Assembly: GCF_000711695.1 (NCBI RefSeq)
Contig: NW_013547017.1
Coordinates: 62,001-126,000 of the forward strand
Direction: 5' to 3'
DNA length: 64,000 bases
Source: Tilletiaria anomala UBC 951
Lineage: Eukaryota
Positions 51,722 to 64,000 of the stretch are shown piece after piece. The translations under genes and the position numbers were made by a program. Under the pieces are notes generated by a model. It worked only from the letters and a program-made list of their open reading frames with translations. It was not told where the DNA came from and did not search any database. Each line of letters opens with the position of its first letter. The first letter of the stretch is position 1.

Positions 51722-51935
51722 TGTGCTCTCCCATGCATTGTCATGTGGAAGTTTGTGCCGATACTCCGGTGTGACTGTCATTCGGGGTTCCAAAGGAAAG
51801 CCCAGGTCCTTTGCATGGTGCATGCACATTTGCTGCCGGGCTTTCACAAATATTCGCCTTCCATCTCCAGATGTTTCATACTGACTGTGATTCGCTTCAT
51901 TGCTCCAGTCGACCACTCATTCGCCTGTCGCCAAA

Positions 51936-52855
51936 ATGCTGCAAGTCTACAAGGACCTCGACATCTCCATCCCGGAGGGTGTCGAAGTTAACCTTCACGC
52001 CCGCACTATCCATGTCAAGGGCCCGCGGGGCGAGCTCCACAAGGTGTGTTGGCGAACAAGTCGCATTTGCAAGGCCATGGGAAGGGGAAGGGCATGTAAC
52101 CCAGGTGGAGTGTCTGGGTGATGTGAGGATCCCTGGGAGAAGGATGCCTTGCTACCAACGTACTCTTTGGTGCAAGGGCATTGACAAATCGTCTTTCTGC
52201 GGCGCGCTGGGGTTGGGGAGCGCTGGACTTGCATCTGCCAAACGCAACGCCTTCACGTCGAGTGTTTTTGGCTGACCCTGAATTATTTGTGTGAACACAG
52301 GCGCTCAAGCACATGAACATGGACATGCGGCTAGTGAAGAGTCCTAAGGGTAACAAGATCAAGTTCATTGTCTGGCACGGTGGGCGCAAGCACGTTGCCT
52401 GCATCCGTACCGCTGCCGCTGCGGTCGCGAACATGATCAAGGGTGTCACTGTTGGCTTTCAGTACAAGGTCCGCGCCGTCTACGCGCATTTCCCCGTTAA
52501 CATGATCATTGCAGACGACCACAAGAGCGTGGAGATCAGGAACTTCCTTGGAGAGAAGCGGGTGCGCAAGGTTGACATGAGGAAGGGCGTCACCATTCAG
52601 GAGGACAAGGCGCAGAAGGACCAGGTTCTCGTGGAGGGTAACGACATTGATGAGGTTTCGCAATCGGCAGCAGACATGCACGGCGCATGCCTTGTCAAGA
52701 ACAAGGATATCCGGAAGTTGTGAGTGTTCACGCTTCATGAGTAACTGGAGTTTTTAATCGTACTGGGTAGCTTACGTTTTATCGCACTTGCAACGTTTAG
52801 CTTGGATGGTCTCTACGTCAGCGCGAAAGGCCCGATCGTTCAGGCTGAGGTTTAG
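51936..52855 (+). CDS. RPL9: 60S ribosomal protein L9 (uL6)
   Basis: IPEGVEV...VKGPRGEL, WHGGRKHVACIRT, NMIKGVT.GF.YKVRAVYAHFPVN, EIRNFLGEK and VKNKDIRK|FLDGLYVS. Introns 52044-52300 and about 52720-52800. Confidence 0.97.
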
Positions 52856-53241
52856 ATGAAAATAGGGGCGGGACCATGCTCTCACCAGCCTTGTATGCAT
52901 TGCTTTTCGGAGCACCCACGAGTCACGTTGTGCTATGAGCAATATGACATTCCGTTGTACATCATCAATTACGGACCCCGTGTACGTGTCCAATGCTTGA
53001 AGTGTCATGTATTAAAGCCGTGACGGACGATGTCGAAGCACAAGCGGAACGCAGGAGGTATTTGCAGCCGCCACTGCCTATGCGCGCATTCGGATCGAGG
53101 TCCAATGATACAAATGATGTGTTTCCTCGGTAGACAGACACATGCACGCACGTCGTGTGCCAGCAGATTCTGAGCTACGCCTAGCATCGCTAACGGACGC
53201 CCACTGGCGGATTCGGAACATTAGCGCATCAGCCCTGACAC

Positions 53242-54256
53242 ATGGCCAGCATGAGTGGTAAGTCAGGGACGGCAAGGTGAGCATGCATCATTTTGACCAT
53301 CTTGCTCCCTCGACAGTTGACGAGCCCTCAGCCGTTCGATGGGTCCCGTTGGAGTCCGACCCTGAGTTGTTCACGGCTGTTCGTGACTTCAAGCTCGCGA
53401 TATTCGCAGCTATGACCGACTGACGTACATGACTTGTGCACCGGGCCTTGCAGTGGGCCCACAAGATGGGCCTGCAGGAAGGCACTTTTCAATACTACGA
53501 TGTGTTTGGTCTTGACGATGCTTTACTCGACATGGTTCCAAGCCCAGCTGAGGCGGTGTTGCTCCTCTTTCCGGTATCTAAAGAGTACGAGGAAAAGAGG
53601 TTGGAAGATGACAAAGACATAGATGAGGCAGCCACCGCCGAAGCGACAGGTGATTCTCTGTGGTTCAAGCAGACCGTGAGCACGAACCGGCGAATCTGAC
53701 ACACTTGTACGGTGTTTGGTGCTGATTTCCCAAGCACACTTCCTTGGCAGATCGGCAATGCCTGTGGCACGATGGGCCTGTTGCACTCGCTCGCTAACAG
53801 CTCTGCGCGGGAATGCATTAAGGCTGACTCGCCGCTTGCCAAGCTGCTCGAGAAAGCTACATCGCTTTCACCCCGAGACCGTGCAGCCTTGCTTGTTGAA
53901 TCTCAGGAGCTTCATCAAGTTCATAGCGACATTTCAGCCCAGGGGCAGACGGAGGCACCTTCGGCTGAAGCAAATGTGGATCTACATTTCGATTGCTTTG
54001 TTCGAGACAAGAAGACCGGCGAGTTAATCGAGCTCGATGGACGGCGGAAGGGTCCCGTGCATTGCGGAGTGCAAGTGCCTACGCAGGAAGCCTTGCTCAA
54101 GACTGGTACGTTTTCTCCATTTCGACGTGAGACCGGACATTAATATCTATTTCATCGCTCTGCTGCGCAGCTGCCAAATGGATCCAGGAATCTTACATGA
54201 GCTTGAACCCAGAAGAGCTGAACTTCAATCTCATCGCTCTTGCGCCGGTGCAGTGA
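53242..54256 (+). CDS. YUH1: Ubiquitin C-terminal hydrolase (UCH, peptidase C12), multi-exon
   Basis: RWVPLESDPE, DVFGLD, AVLLLFP, KQT|IGNACGT (catalytic Cys), LHFDCFV...ELDGRRKGP and FNLIALA. Confidence 0.93.
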
Positions 54257-54565
54257 TCATCTAGTCGTTCATCACGCGCGGTTTCCGACGAGAGACCTTT
54301 CATTGCTAGAGACATTGCGTAGTAATACAAATATGCATGCAATCTGGATGTACTCGGGTTAAACAGCAGTGGATAAAATTAGCAAAGGATGGCAAGGGAT
54401 GCAAAAGTAACGGTCTGCCGCCGTTTTCTTGCATGGTCAAGTGTTCACAGGGCAGCGTTTTGGGTTGGCGGGGTATCAAATGTGAGCTGGTATTTTCGCC
54501 GGGAACGGTTTGCTTTGTCGGATAGCGTCACGATCACGGTGGTGTAGAGACGACTGAGCTGGGAT

Positions 54566-56523
54566 TCAAAAGCGTCGGGTTGAGCTCCGCCGTTCTGCTG
54601 AGATGGCAGAACCGCGGCGGTGCACATTGTCATCGTCAAGGACTTCTATTGCTGCCATCCGTCCGTTGATCGCGTCGCCACGAGTATCACTCTGCCCCTT
54701 TTCGAGGTCGAGCTTGTCCAGCTCTCCTTGCGTCGCCGCTTCCCGTGCTGCTACAGGTGCCCGGTTCGCCGCTGTCCCTAACCCGTCATATCGCTGAGCA
54801 GGGGTCAGCGAACATGGTGAAATCTCAATCTGTGCCGAGGAAAGTGCTTCAGGTACTTCTCCTGATGATTTGGTTGACAGGACCAAAGGCTCTGGCGGGG
54901 GCAGCTCGATGTGAGCAGGATGTCTTGGAGAATGGGGTATGAATTCCCAGCTGCCATCGGCACCGGCACCGTGAGACCAAGTGTCTGTCCGATCTGAAGC
55001 ACTGCGGACTATCCGTTGATATCGATTGTCAAGGTCGCTTCCGCCAGGCCAATCCAGCTCTCGAGGCACATTTGATATCACGAGACTGACCCTTCGGCGC
55101 TGATGGAGCAAAAGTTTGCTCTCGCTCACCGGCAAGCTCTTTGGTACGCTTAAGACATTATTGTGCAAGGTGACTCCACTGGAAGGCTCAACCGCAAGGA
55201 GCATATTCGAGTCGTTCAGCCGAGCGGCGTTGTGGAAAGGGGCGACGGAGGTGCCGCCGGCTACCACAACGCCGTCTTGTTTGGGTGGCGAAAGGCCGCT
55301 GCCGTTGTCGCAATGCCTTCGTAACTGGCCTACAGTGGCCAGGTTGCCACCGTTGCTGCCAAGCCCGATGCCACTTGCCGTCTGCGCAAGGCTGGCGCTC
55401 CTGCTGCCTGACCGCCCGGAAAGCGCCGACACATCCCCTATGGAGACCTGTCGCTCGCCTTCTGCGTGCTTTGGATAGTAAGTGCTACCTCCCGAGAGGT
55501 TACCTCCGATGTTTGCCCACGCTGACAGGCAAGCGAGCGTCCCCGAGAAGACGTGGACGTACACGTTGCACACCAGCATAAAGCCGAGGGCGCGCCCTTG
55601 TACTGTGCAGAAGATGACGATGAGCGACACGAGAAAAAGCGTTGGTGTGATGTAGCTGAATGCGATGCCGAAAAGCAGCTGCTGCTGTTTGGCCCAGGAC
55701 AGGTTGCGCGGTGGGGTCGCGAGCGTTGGGCTGCCGCGACTGGCGCCCCCTCTGAGGGTGGTGAACTTACGGATCATGAAGATGTTGATGTAGATCGAGC
55801 TGACAAGAGCGGCGCCGTAGGCGAGCAGATTGACCATCAGCCGGTATGGGAGGGGTTTCTCAGAGAGGCTGAGCGTCAGCTTGCCGTCATCCTGGCCGGC
55901 GGTCTCAATGGCGTCGAAGCCGTCATGCAGAACGATGCAAAATGCGACCAAGTCGAGGATTTGCATCGCCGTCGGCAAGGCAATGACCGTCAATCGCTTT
56001 CGTCGACCGGCGAGCGTGACCGGGTAGAAAGATGCGATGCGGAGACACATGGCCCAGCGCACGACCCACGGGACAATGAACAACATCGAGTTGGACGCAA
56101 CGTAGTATGATGCTGTCTGCGCAGAGCTGCTCGTGGTCCACAACATCTGCGTTGCCCAGAAGACCTGCCGAGGGCGATTCGTAACGATCCTTTTGCTCAA
56201 TGTGTGCGCTTCTCTACCGACGGGCAGTGATGATCGATGTCACTCACCGTGTCTAGCGCCGAGCCAATGACGCCGAGCAGCATGGCTAACCCAAGGAGCC
56301 AAACAACAGGTGTTCGTCGCTTGGAAGGTGAGAGACCATCTTTCATGAGGACGACACAAAGGAGAACGAAAAGTAGGGTAGAAAGCGTGCTGTAGAGGAT
56401 GATGTGGGCCACGCCTTGCTGAACGAGCGCCAAGGGGATGGAGTTGCTCGCGTTGTAGCCGTCCGAGGAAGGACATTTTCCAACGCTGGCCGTAGGCGCC
56501 TCGTCCACTATAGGAAACGACAT
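54566..56523 (-). CDS. Seven-transmembrane receptor-like protein with Ste2-like features, one intron
   Basis: Exon 56523-56248 joins exon 56164-54566 across intron 56165-56247. Seven hydrophobic segments, an N-terminal NAS glycosylation sequon and a long Ser-rich C-tail. Confidence 0.75.
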
Positions 56524-59500
56524 GGCGCAGCTGGATGCAGCTGCGATGCCTGTATATGTGGGAGTGGTGCTGCGATGATGGAGGTGCGTCGCGCTGAACG
56601 CCGAATAGCAGGCACTTCGTTTGTTAAAGTTGCTCAAGTATACAGCATGCGACTGCAACCCAGGCCCGCTTGACTCCTTGCTTTTTGAGATTGTGGAGGG
56701 AGCTGATGACAGAGGGGATGGATGTCGATCCGGCGCAGTCAGAGTAGCGCCTGGTCGATGGTGGAACTATGGTGTGGGAATGGCAATTGCGTCCTTGCAG
56801 AGCTGCAAATGGTTGCGAATATCTATCCTTCGTGAATCATTGTCCAGGAGGTTGATGCGAAGCGCTGGTATCGTTTGAGGCTTGTGCACCATGGTTCGCA
56901 CCCCCACCAAGTCCGAGGGCGAAGATCATTCACCGTTCACCCGCTGAATTGTAAAGATCGAGGTAGTGTTGCAACGAAGCAGCTTTCCTGCTCATCTAAC
57001 CTGGTCATGAGCGAGTAATGATGCGAGTGGATAGAATCAGTGGATAGAATAGGATTGCCCGGTCGTCTGGGCAGAGACCGTCCTTTCACACTGCCATCAC
57101 TATCAGCAAGCGGCTGGGGGCACGTTGCTGCTTAATTGGCGTGCAAGCAGCGCGGCAGCGCGGATAAAGAGCGCACAGGAAAACAAATTCTCGACTCGTC
57201 GCTGACCCCGCAGATGGGGTGGACGGAGTGTGTAGTGTAGTGAAAGTCGAGGATAGTCGCGGCGAGTGGGTATGGATGGGAGCGATGAGCGAGCACGGCG
57301 CCAACTAGGGTGAACGGCGCTAAAAGCAAGCTAGAGGAGGATGTAGTTGCAATTTCCTCTAAAAAAAAAACCCCCAATCCACCAGGGTGGGCCGCTGCTG
57401 ACTGGCCTTAATAAACCCAAAAGATTAACCCTCAATGTCCTTTTTCGTCGGAAGGAAGCGGGCGACGAAACAAGAAACGTCGCGGTAGCAACGGTGTTAT
57501 AAGCCAGGAAACAGCAGTATCCTCTTGAAGGCTCTTTCTTGCTTGCGAACACGGTTATACAGCAAAGTATCCATCCCGTCTTGTCGTGGTGGTCGTCCGC
57601 GTCCCAGGCGTGGCAAACCCTGTGAAAATGCGAATTACGATCATTCGATTTCATTATTCATACGCGACCACCAGTTCACAGGCGCAGCAGAATTAGGTTA
57701 GTTTTCGTGTACCCGACAGTGCAGCAGTGCTGTGCGACTGGAGGGCCAACTATGGAATGCAGAATTAGAGGACTCCTGCCAAAAAGAAAAAGAAAGCAAA
57801 AGGCGATAATAATAAAACGACGCAAGGGGATCCCACCAGTGGCGCAGCCCCGTAGGCCCGAAGGGCAGCAGCAGCAGCGCCTTGTGTAGGACAAACAGCC
57901 TGCAGGCTGGAGCAAGACCCCTCGTGGCACTAGGGGGCACTGTGCAAAGGCGCGTTAATTCTCCATCCACGACTTTTACGCAGGCGTGACCAGAGCATTG
58001 TAACAATGCGCTCCATCAGGGCGACACAAATATATGTATGTACATTGCGTCCAGATCTGGCAGCATCCAGGCCCGGTCACAGAGCTGCGTGCGACGATGC
58101 CAGTGCTGTGCCCTGCTCTGCTATGAGATACCAGCTGACTTTTGCTGCTGTACGCTGGCAGGGTCCAGCCTCGACTACCTAAATGTAGATGGGCTGATCA
58201 GGTCCCAGAGCTGCCAGATACTCCCGAAGATAACTTTTGTCTCAATTCTGGAAGATCGCTTTTCTGAGTCTCTCCGGCCACTGGGCCTCGTGGTCGACGC
58301 ACACACACTCTCTCATCCGCGCTACCTATCTCCCACTACCTCCCTGTTTGACCGCGCCACTGTCCTCCTCCACTGCCGACCGAGCCAGGTTGACTTTGAT
58401 ACTGTATGATACTGACCGCTGTAATTCGCATTTGAGATGCAGTCAAGATGCGGCCAGGGAGAGTCCTCGCCAGTGCAGAGACATTTAGGCTGAAATTGGC
58501 AAAATGCAGCAGGGACTGGTCAGGTTGTCCACTATCCAAGTGGATGGACGATAGACTGCCGACTGGCCGCTGTAACACCAGGCCTCTCTCAACGACCAGA
58601 GTCCCAAGGCACAATGAAAAGACTTGGAAAGGCAAAAAAAACTCCGCGCTGGAATCTGCTAGAGCGCTGTCAACGCGAAGAAACCGACAGTCGCTCTGCA
58701 CTGTCCTGCGTCCTCCGCCTTCCCAGCTTCCAGAATCCTGTCCCCCATACACAGTTCTTTGTACTCTGGCTCAATTCGACCGATTGCAATAAGCTTTCCC
58801 CAGATTGCGACGCGGGACGACGGACGTGTTCGGCTGCATCCACAGATCCACATGCCATGCGATTTGGGAGGTCATGCGCTGATGCGGATGAACGTTAGCA
58901 GGACTTGTCCAGCGTCAGGCGTCAGCGCATCAGCTTCGAATCGCGTCTTGAACGACGCCCCGAAGCTCAATGAAGGCCTTGCGGCGTCCCGATCGCATCA
59001 TCAATGGATATGGTGAAGGCACTCTTCAAAATGAAGCCCAAAGATGGAAACATATGTTAAATGGAACCTGCAGGCTGTACGTCCGCAGGTTGGACTGGAA
59101 GGCAGGACAGAACGCGAAAGACATACCAGAAGACAAGCGAAAAATGCTGCACTTAACGCGCAACTCGGCGAAACTTCGGCCGCCGGCGCGCTGTCCCCAG
59201 TCCTGACCTGTTCCATTTTTCAACCTGTCCTGGTGGGACTCCAAGGCATGGGCTGTCCCGGATTCTTACAATGTAGGGCGCACGCCCAGTCCCCAGTGGG
59301 CGCTGGGCACGGAAATGGCAGTGAGGGCCGTGGAACCAAGGTGAGCAGGGATGGGCGCAGCGAGAGGCAGTCATTCACCCAGCAAGCCTCCTCCCTTCTT
59401 CAAAACGGACGCAGGCCAGACAGTGGTCAGACTGCAGGCTGAGAACCTCTCACAGTCATGACATCAGAGTACCGAGCTGCGTCGAGGGGGATCCAGAATC

Positions 59501-60044
59501 CAAGTACATGTACTGATAGGCGCACGCTGAAGTGCTGCAGAGTGCCTACTGGCCCTGGCCATGCTGCCCCGGGGATTTACCTGGGAGTTCGGGAAGCTCG
59601 CACCGGGGGCCAACCCGAGCCAGACTCAATTATGTCATTGATTTCTGATTCCATTGCCACCAAAGAAGTATGTGGAAGCCACCTTCACATTGTTGCCTCC
59701 TTGTTGAGCTCGGTTTCTCTCTGTCAGATGTCACAGCCTCTAGCACTCAGCGTCGTGTGCTGTGCAATCTGTCAGCTCGCGCCTTTGCTGCCAGCCCATT
59801 GCTCAGAGCCCTGCGCCAACCGTAATCTCATCGCGCGCAAGGGTAGTGATTTTTCCTCGGCAGGCCGGACGCTGCAGGCGGCTGATTCCACTCAGCTCGA
59901 GATCGCCGCTCACATGCAGGCGCATGGATTGATTTAATGGCAAGCCCATGTTCCAAAGAACCAAAGCGAAAAGATTCCATGCGCGTCGTCGCGGCTGTGC
60001 ACCATCATGTTATCAATCGCAAGTAACACCAGAGCGTACCGTGT

Positions 60045-63000
60045 TTATTTCTCTACGTTATGGTAGCGCATGTACCCAGCTTTACCAGCAGTGGCGTCTG
60101 CTTTGGGTCGCGTGGCTCTCCGATATTCTGCGGTGGCAGCTGCAACGTCGGCGGAAGCTCGTTGCCGATCCTGAATAAGCAAACGGAGCAGGCAACGTGC
60201 GCGTGGTCACAGTGAGGTTCACATTGATGAAGGAAGGTCAAAGTCTGCGTGCGGTACTCACGGCTTGACGCTTTGCCATCCCACCAGAGATGTATGGACG
60301 GTAGCGCAGCAAAAGTGTTTTGAGCGCTTGCTCGCGAATGCCTTTCACCCTTAGCCAAGCAATCAGTTGGTCCAGCTGCAATTGGAAGTGAAGACTGTCA
60401 GCATGTGATAAAAGTTTCTCAGCGCTTGTGCACAGTCAGCTCACCTCCTCTGGATCGTCATAGACAGCCCACTCATTACGGCTCAGCATGCCTTCCTCTC
60501 CACCGTACTCGTCTTTCATGCGTTCCTGCACCTCCATCCAGCGCCGAGGCACCTCGGACAATTCTTCCATCTCTAGCATGTCCTCCTCGCCGCAGCCTTG
60601 GACATACAACCTGCCGACAAGGTACTGCGCCTGTCCTTGAGCGTTGAGAAGTGGCTTTTCTCCCACGCCGTCGAACCACCAGTACTTCTCAAAAAATCTG
60701 TCCCGGCCGAGCGGTACGAGCCGCGGTGCAAGCGAAAGCCGCCGGAACTCGCGCTCGATCGCCTCCTCGCGACTGTCCAGCTTCGCCTGTTCTTCGTCGA
60801 GCCTCTTGCGTTCGTTGTTGAGATGCTTCGACTCGGCCAGCTTGAGTTTCTGCGCAGCGCGCGCAGCCTCCTGCTGCTTCTGCTTCTCTGCTTCTGCTTC
60901 CTTTTTCCTCTTGGCAATATCTTCCAGCTTCTTGCGACGTGACTGGCGAGCAGCCCGGTGCGTGCCGTCTTCATCGTCATCATCGTCGGCTGCCGCCTCG
61001 TCCTCCGATTGCAGTTCATCATCCTCTGACCCTGAACCTGCTATTCTTGAGGCGTCCCCTTCGTTGCTTTCCTTGTCATCTTCCTGCTTCTCTTTGTTCC
61101 AACCCTCAAGTTCTGCGCGCTCTTCAAGGCTGCAGATGCAAATATATTCATGAGACAGATGTTCTTCGCTGGCACAGCATAGGAGCAACACTCACATCCT
61201 CTTCCGAACTCTTGACATTTCGATCCTCTCCTTGCGCAGTTCCGTGAGCTGATTGTCGCACTCGTCAAAGAACCCTCGCACAGCTTTCGTCATAGCCGCC
61301 TGCTCCGCCAGAAACGTAAAGATCCGGAGCCTGTCCTCGAACGCAAGCTGCAAGTACCGCTCCAAGGGTGCAGCATATGTGTCTGCGGTGAACGCTTTCG
61401 CCGCCACCTCTCCATCCGTGCGTGGGAAGCATGGATCCACGAGCGCATCCGGATGCTGGACTCCTGTCAGCAGGGATAAGATGGCTGCCAAGCGAGGAAA
61501 AGTCGCCCGGTCTCCGCAGTCAACCAGGCACCCTACGAGAGCCGCATCCCATCCTGCCCGGCTGCGATCTTGCACGAGCAGCCTAGCTCGCCAGTTCTTG
61601 CCTATCTGCCGTGCTGCATCACGTACAGCCGCAAATTCGACATCTTCATCCACCTCGCCATCGACACAGCCGTTGCCGGCACCTTGACTCGCCGGCGCGC
61701 CGCCAGCGCTCGCGCAGTCATCTGTGTCAGACGCGAGCTCGTCCACCTCCTCGCTGTTGGCCCTGCTGCCTGCTGGCGTCCCGTTCGCAGCGACGACAGC
61801 GGCGTTCTCGGCAATAGCGCTGGCTGCATTTCGCGCTGCCACGCGTGCTGAGACAATCCGCTCTTTTGGCGCTCCACATCCCGAGCTACCAGAAACCGAG
61901 CGCGTTACCGTCGCCGACGTCGTCGTCGCTGGCGCCATGCTGTCCCCGATAATGACGTTGAGCAGCGTGGCATGCGCCTCAGTGATCAGAGTTGGAAAAG
62001 CGTCTGGGGAATCGTGCCGTAGCGCCGCCTCAAAGTCGTCAAGGGTGAAATTGCTCAGGCGCAGAGCTTTGCCGCAAGAGATTAGGAAGTGGTACGCGCC
62101 GATGAACCGCTCGAACCACTCGCCGGCCATGCGCCCGCACGGATCGTCGACTGCCCCACGCTTGGGCTTCGGTCGATCGCGTCGTCTTGCGACCTCCTCC
62201 TCGAGCATACGCGATGCCAGCTCGCGGTTGGTGATCGCGCCAAGGTCGAGATCCTCCCATGGAAACTTGACCGTCTTGCGCTTCTCCGCGCGCCGCTTCT
62301 CTTCCTCTTCCTGCCACACCTTTTCCTCCTCAGCAGCAATTTCCTCCGCGCTTTTGGTTGGGACATCCTTCTTCCTCCTCTTCCTCTTCGGCTTGGTCTC
62401 CTCTTCTTCCGCGCTTGCTGCGTCGTCCGCCCCAGGCTCCTCTTCGACGACTTTCTTACGCTTCTGAAGCTTCTCCTCCTTCATTTGCAGGTTCTTGCGG
62501 CGCACCTCGTCACTCGGGTTGATCGGGATGCCATAGCGATGCGCTATGACGTGTCTCACGATCCAAGGGGCGCCGATCGACGCATCGCGGACGACGCAGG
62601 TGCGAATGTACTTGCGCAGAATGGTCTTGCTGAAGGCCAGACGGTCGCGTGAAAGGACTTTAGCGCGGACTTCCATGAGACTACCGGTGAACTTGCCATC
62701 GTTGTCGACAAGCTGAATGGCATAGAGGTATTCCGCAGGGTCGTCCACAGCGATTGCTGCCTTGGCGTCGATGCTGAGATCTGTGCCGATGCGGTGCAGA
62801 ATCTCGACCGGGTGCACATGCGGAAGCTGGCTTTTACTGGGCGAGCCGTCGTTAATGCTAGCCATGCTTGTATTGTCGCTTGCCTCAGGTTTTGCTGCGA
62901 CTTTGACTTTGCCCTTCTTGCCACTTGACGCCTGCAATTTCATAAAGCCCGCAACGAGATCGTGGGTCGACTGCCCGTCCGCAACGCGCTGCTGATGCTT

Positions 63001-63715
63001 CTTAATGAGGGAGCGACTTGGGAAGGCGTCCTTGATTCTCGCGTGGTAGCGATCGCCCTGCACCTCCACGAGCACGCTCTCATCGGGCCAGAAGCGGTCC
63101 TTGAAGCGCTCGAACAGCAGATCGACTAGGTTGTCTAGCCGTCCCGTCACAACGAATTGAATAGAGCGCAGCACATGGCCTTTGAGCGCCTCGGGGAATC
63201 GGCGGTGCAGCTCTTGCGCTTCGCGTCGCTCTGATTCAACAGCTTGCCAGTACGAAAGGCCTATCTTTCCGGTGAGCTCGCACTGGAAGATTTTTTGATT
63301 GTAGAAGGCGAGCCGTGCAGCATATGATCTGGAAAAGAAGCGAAGTTGGAGAGCATGTCACGTAAGTATAGCTTCGTTGCAACCGAATACCGATGTGAGA
63401 GGTGACTCACTCATAATCCAGAAATATTTCTCCCGTCTTAGCAAGGTAAAATACCTCTGGGTCAGGTAGCTCTTCCTCCTGCGACATGGCTCTGGCCGTG
63501 GCAGGCGAGCAGGTGTTGCTATGCCCCTTTCCTTTCCCTCTGCCCTTGCCAGCTGCCGCAGAGGCTGGTGCTGACGAACCAGCGGCAGGGCTGCTTTCGT
63601 TGCTCTCTGCAAACGTGCCTGAGCGTTCTGCTTCTTCTAATGCCATGACGGCTGCGAGGGCACGTGGATCTGGCGGAGGGATGTGCTCGACGAGCTTGCG
63701 TCTCACGAGCGGCAT
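60045..63715 (-). CDS. ITC1: ISWI complex subunit Itc1/ACF1-like (WAC, DDT, WHIM, WSD domains), multi-exon
   Basis: MPLVRRK...VFYLAKTGEIFLDYE|SYAARLAFYNQKIFQCELTGK, LSRDRLAFSKTILRKYIR, KFPWEDL, DDT-like LRLSNFTLDDFEAAL, PLGRDRFFEKYWWFDG and W.VYDD.EE|LDQLIAWL..KGIRE. Confidence 0.92.
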
Positions 63716-64000
63716 TGTGAAGAATGCTTTGCACTTTGATGATCTGATCCGGAGTGTTTTCTGTATGGAGGCCTTTGGCAGTGATGATGAGTTTCTGATC
63801 GCGTGTGGACGCCACTGAGCTTCTGGTTTGCGCGTGATGGGGCCCTGGTACGTGGTAAACCCTCTGCAACAGTTGCAAGTATGAGCAACCTGGTAAAGCT
63901 GCTGGATGGTTTGCACGTGTTGCTGCTTTGAGACTTTCAGTCCGCGCCCATTGCAAGTCGAAGACAACTAAAAGACGCGCTACCTTCCGAAGAAAGTTGC

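Noticed and set aside
52099..52190. H/ACA snoRNA in the RPL9 coding intron
   Set aside because: ACA follows the hairpin, but there is no ANANNA hinge box and the stem lacks a pseudouridylation pocket.
58090..58500. Cys-rich and FWKIAF fragments as a LINE retrotransposon C-terminal relic
   Set aside because: Motif match too weak and no reverse transcriptase motifs nearby.

Overview
Gene-dense window of an intron-containing fungal chromosome. Gene content, short GT-AG introns and GC-rich coding DNA fit a basidiomycete, most likely Ustilaginomycotina (inference). About 25 spliced protein genes can be reconstructed by hand. Most are housekeeping: DHHC palmitoyltransferase, PNPOx-like, GATase, STEEP1/CXorf56, PQ-loop, LOC1, ERV25, LSM8, SGF29, WDR8, ENA P-type ATPase, Zn2Cys6 factor, eIF3k, IDI1, COG3, PCF11, RPL9, YUH1 and ITC1. 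The rest are a GH128 glucanase, two secreted effector-like proteins, an F-box gene and a conserved protein of unknown function. The most notable items are: (1) a 7-TM receptor with Ste2 (ascomycete alpha-factor receptor)-like hallmarks, although characterised basidiomycete pheromone receptors are Ste3-type; (2) an intronic box C/D snoRNA in eIF3k whose guide matches the 18S site methylated by human SNORD44; (3) long structured RPL9 introns sharing a motif, one with H/ACA-like architecture; (4) a secreted protein with LxxR-delimited peptide repeats; (5) a decayed Ulp1-family protease relic. No CRISPR, rRNA or tRNA genes were seen. Exon boundaries and family calls come from motif recognition only; no searches were run.
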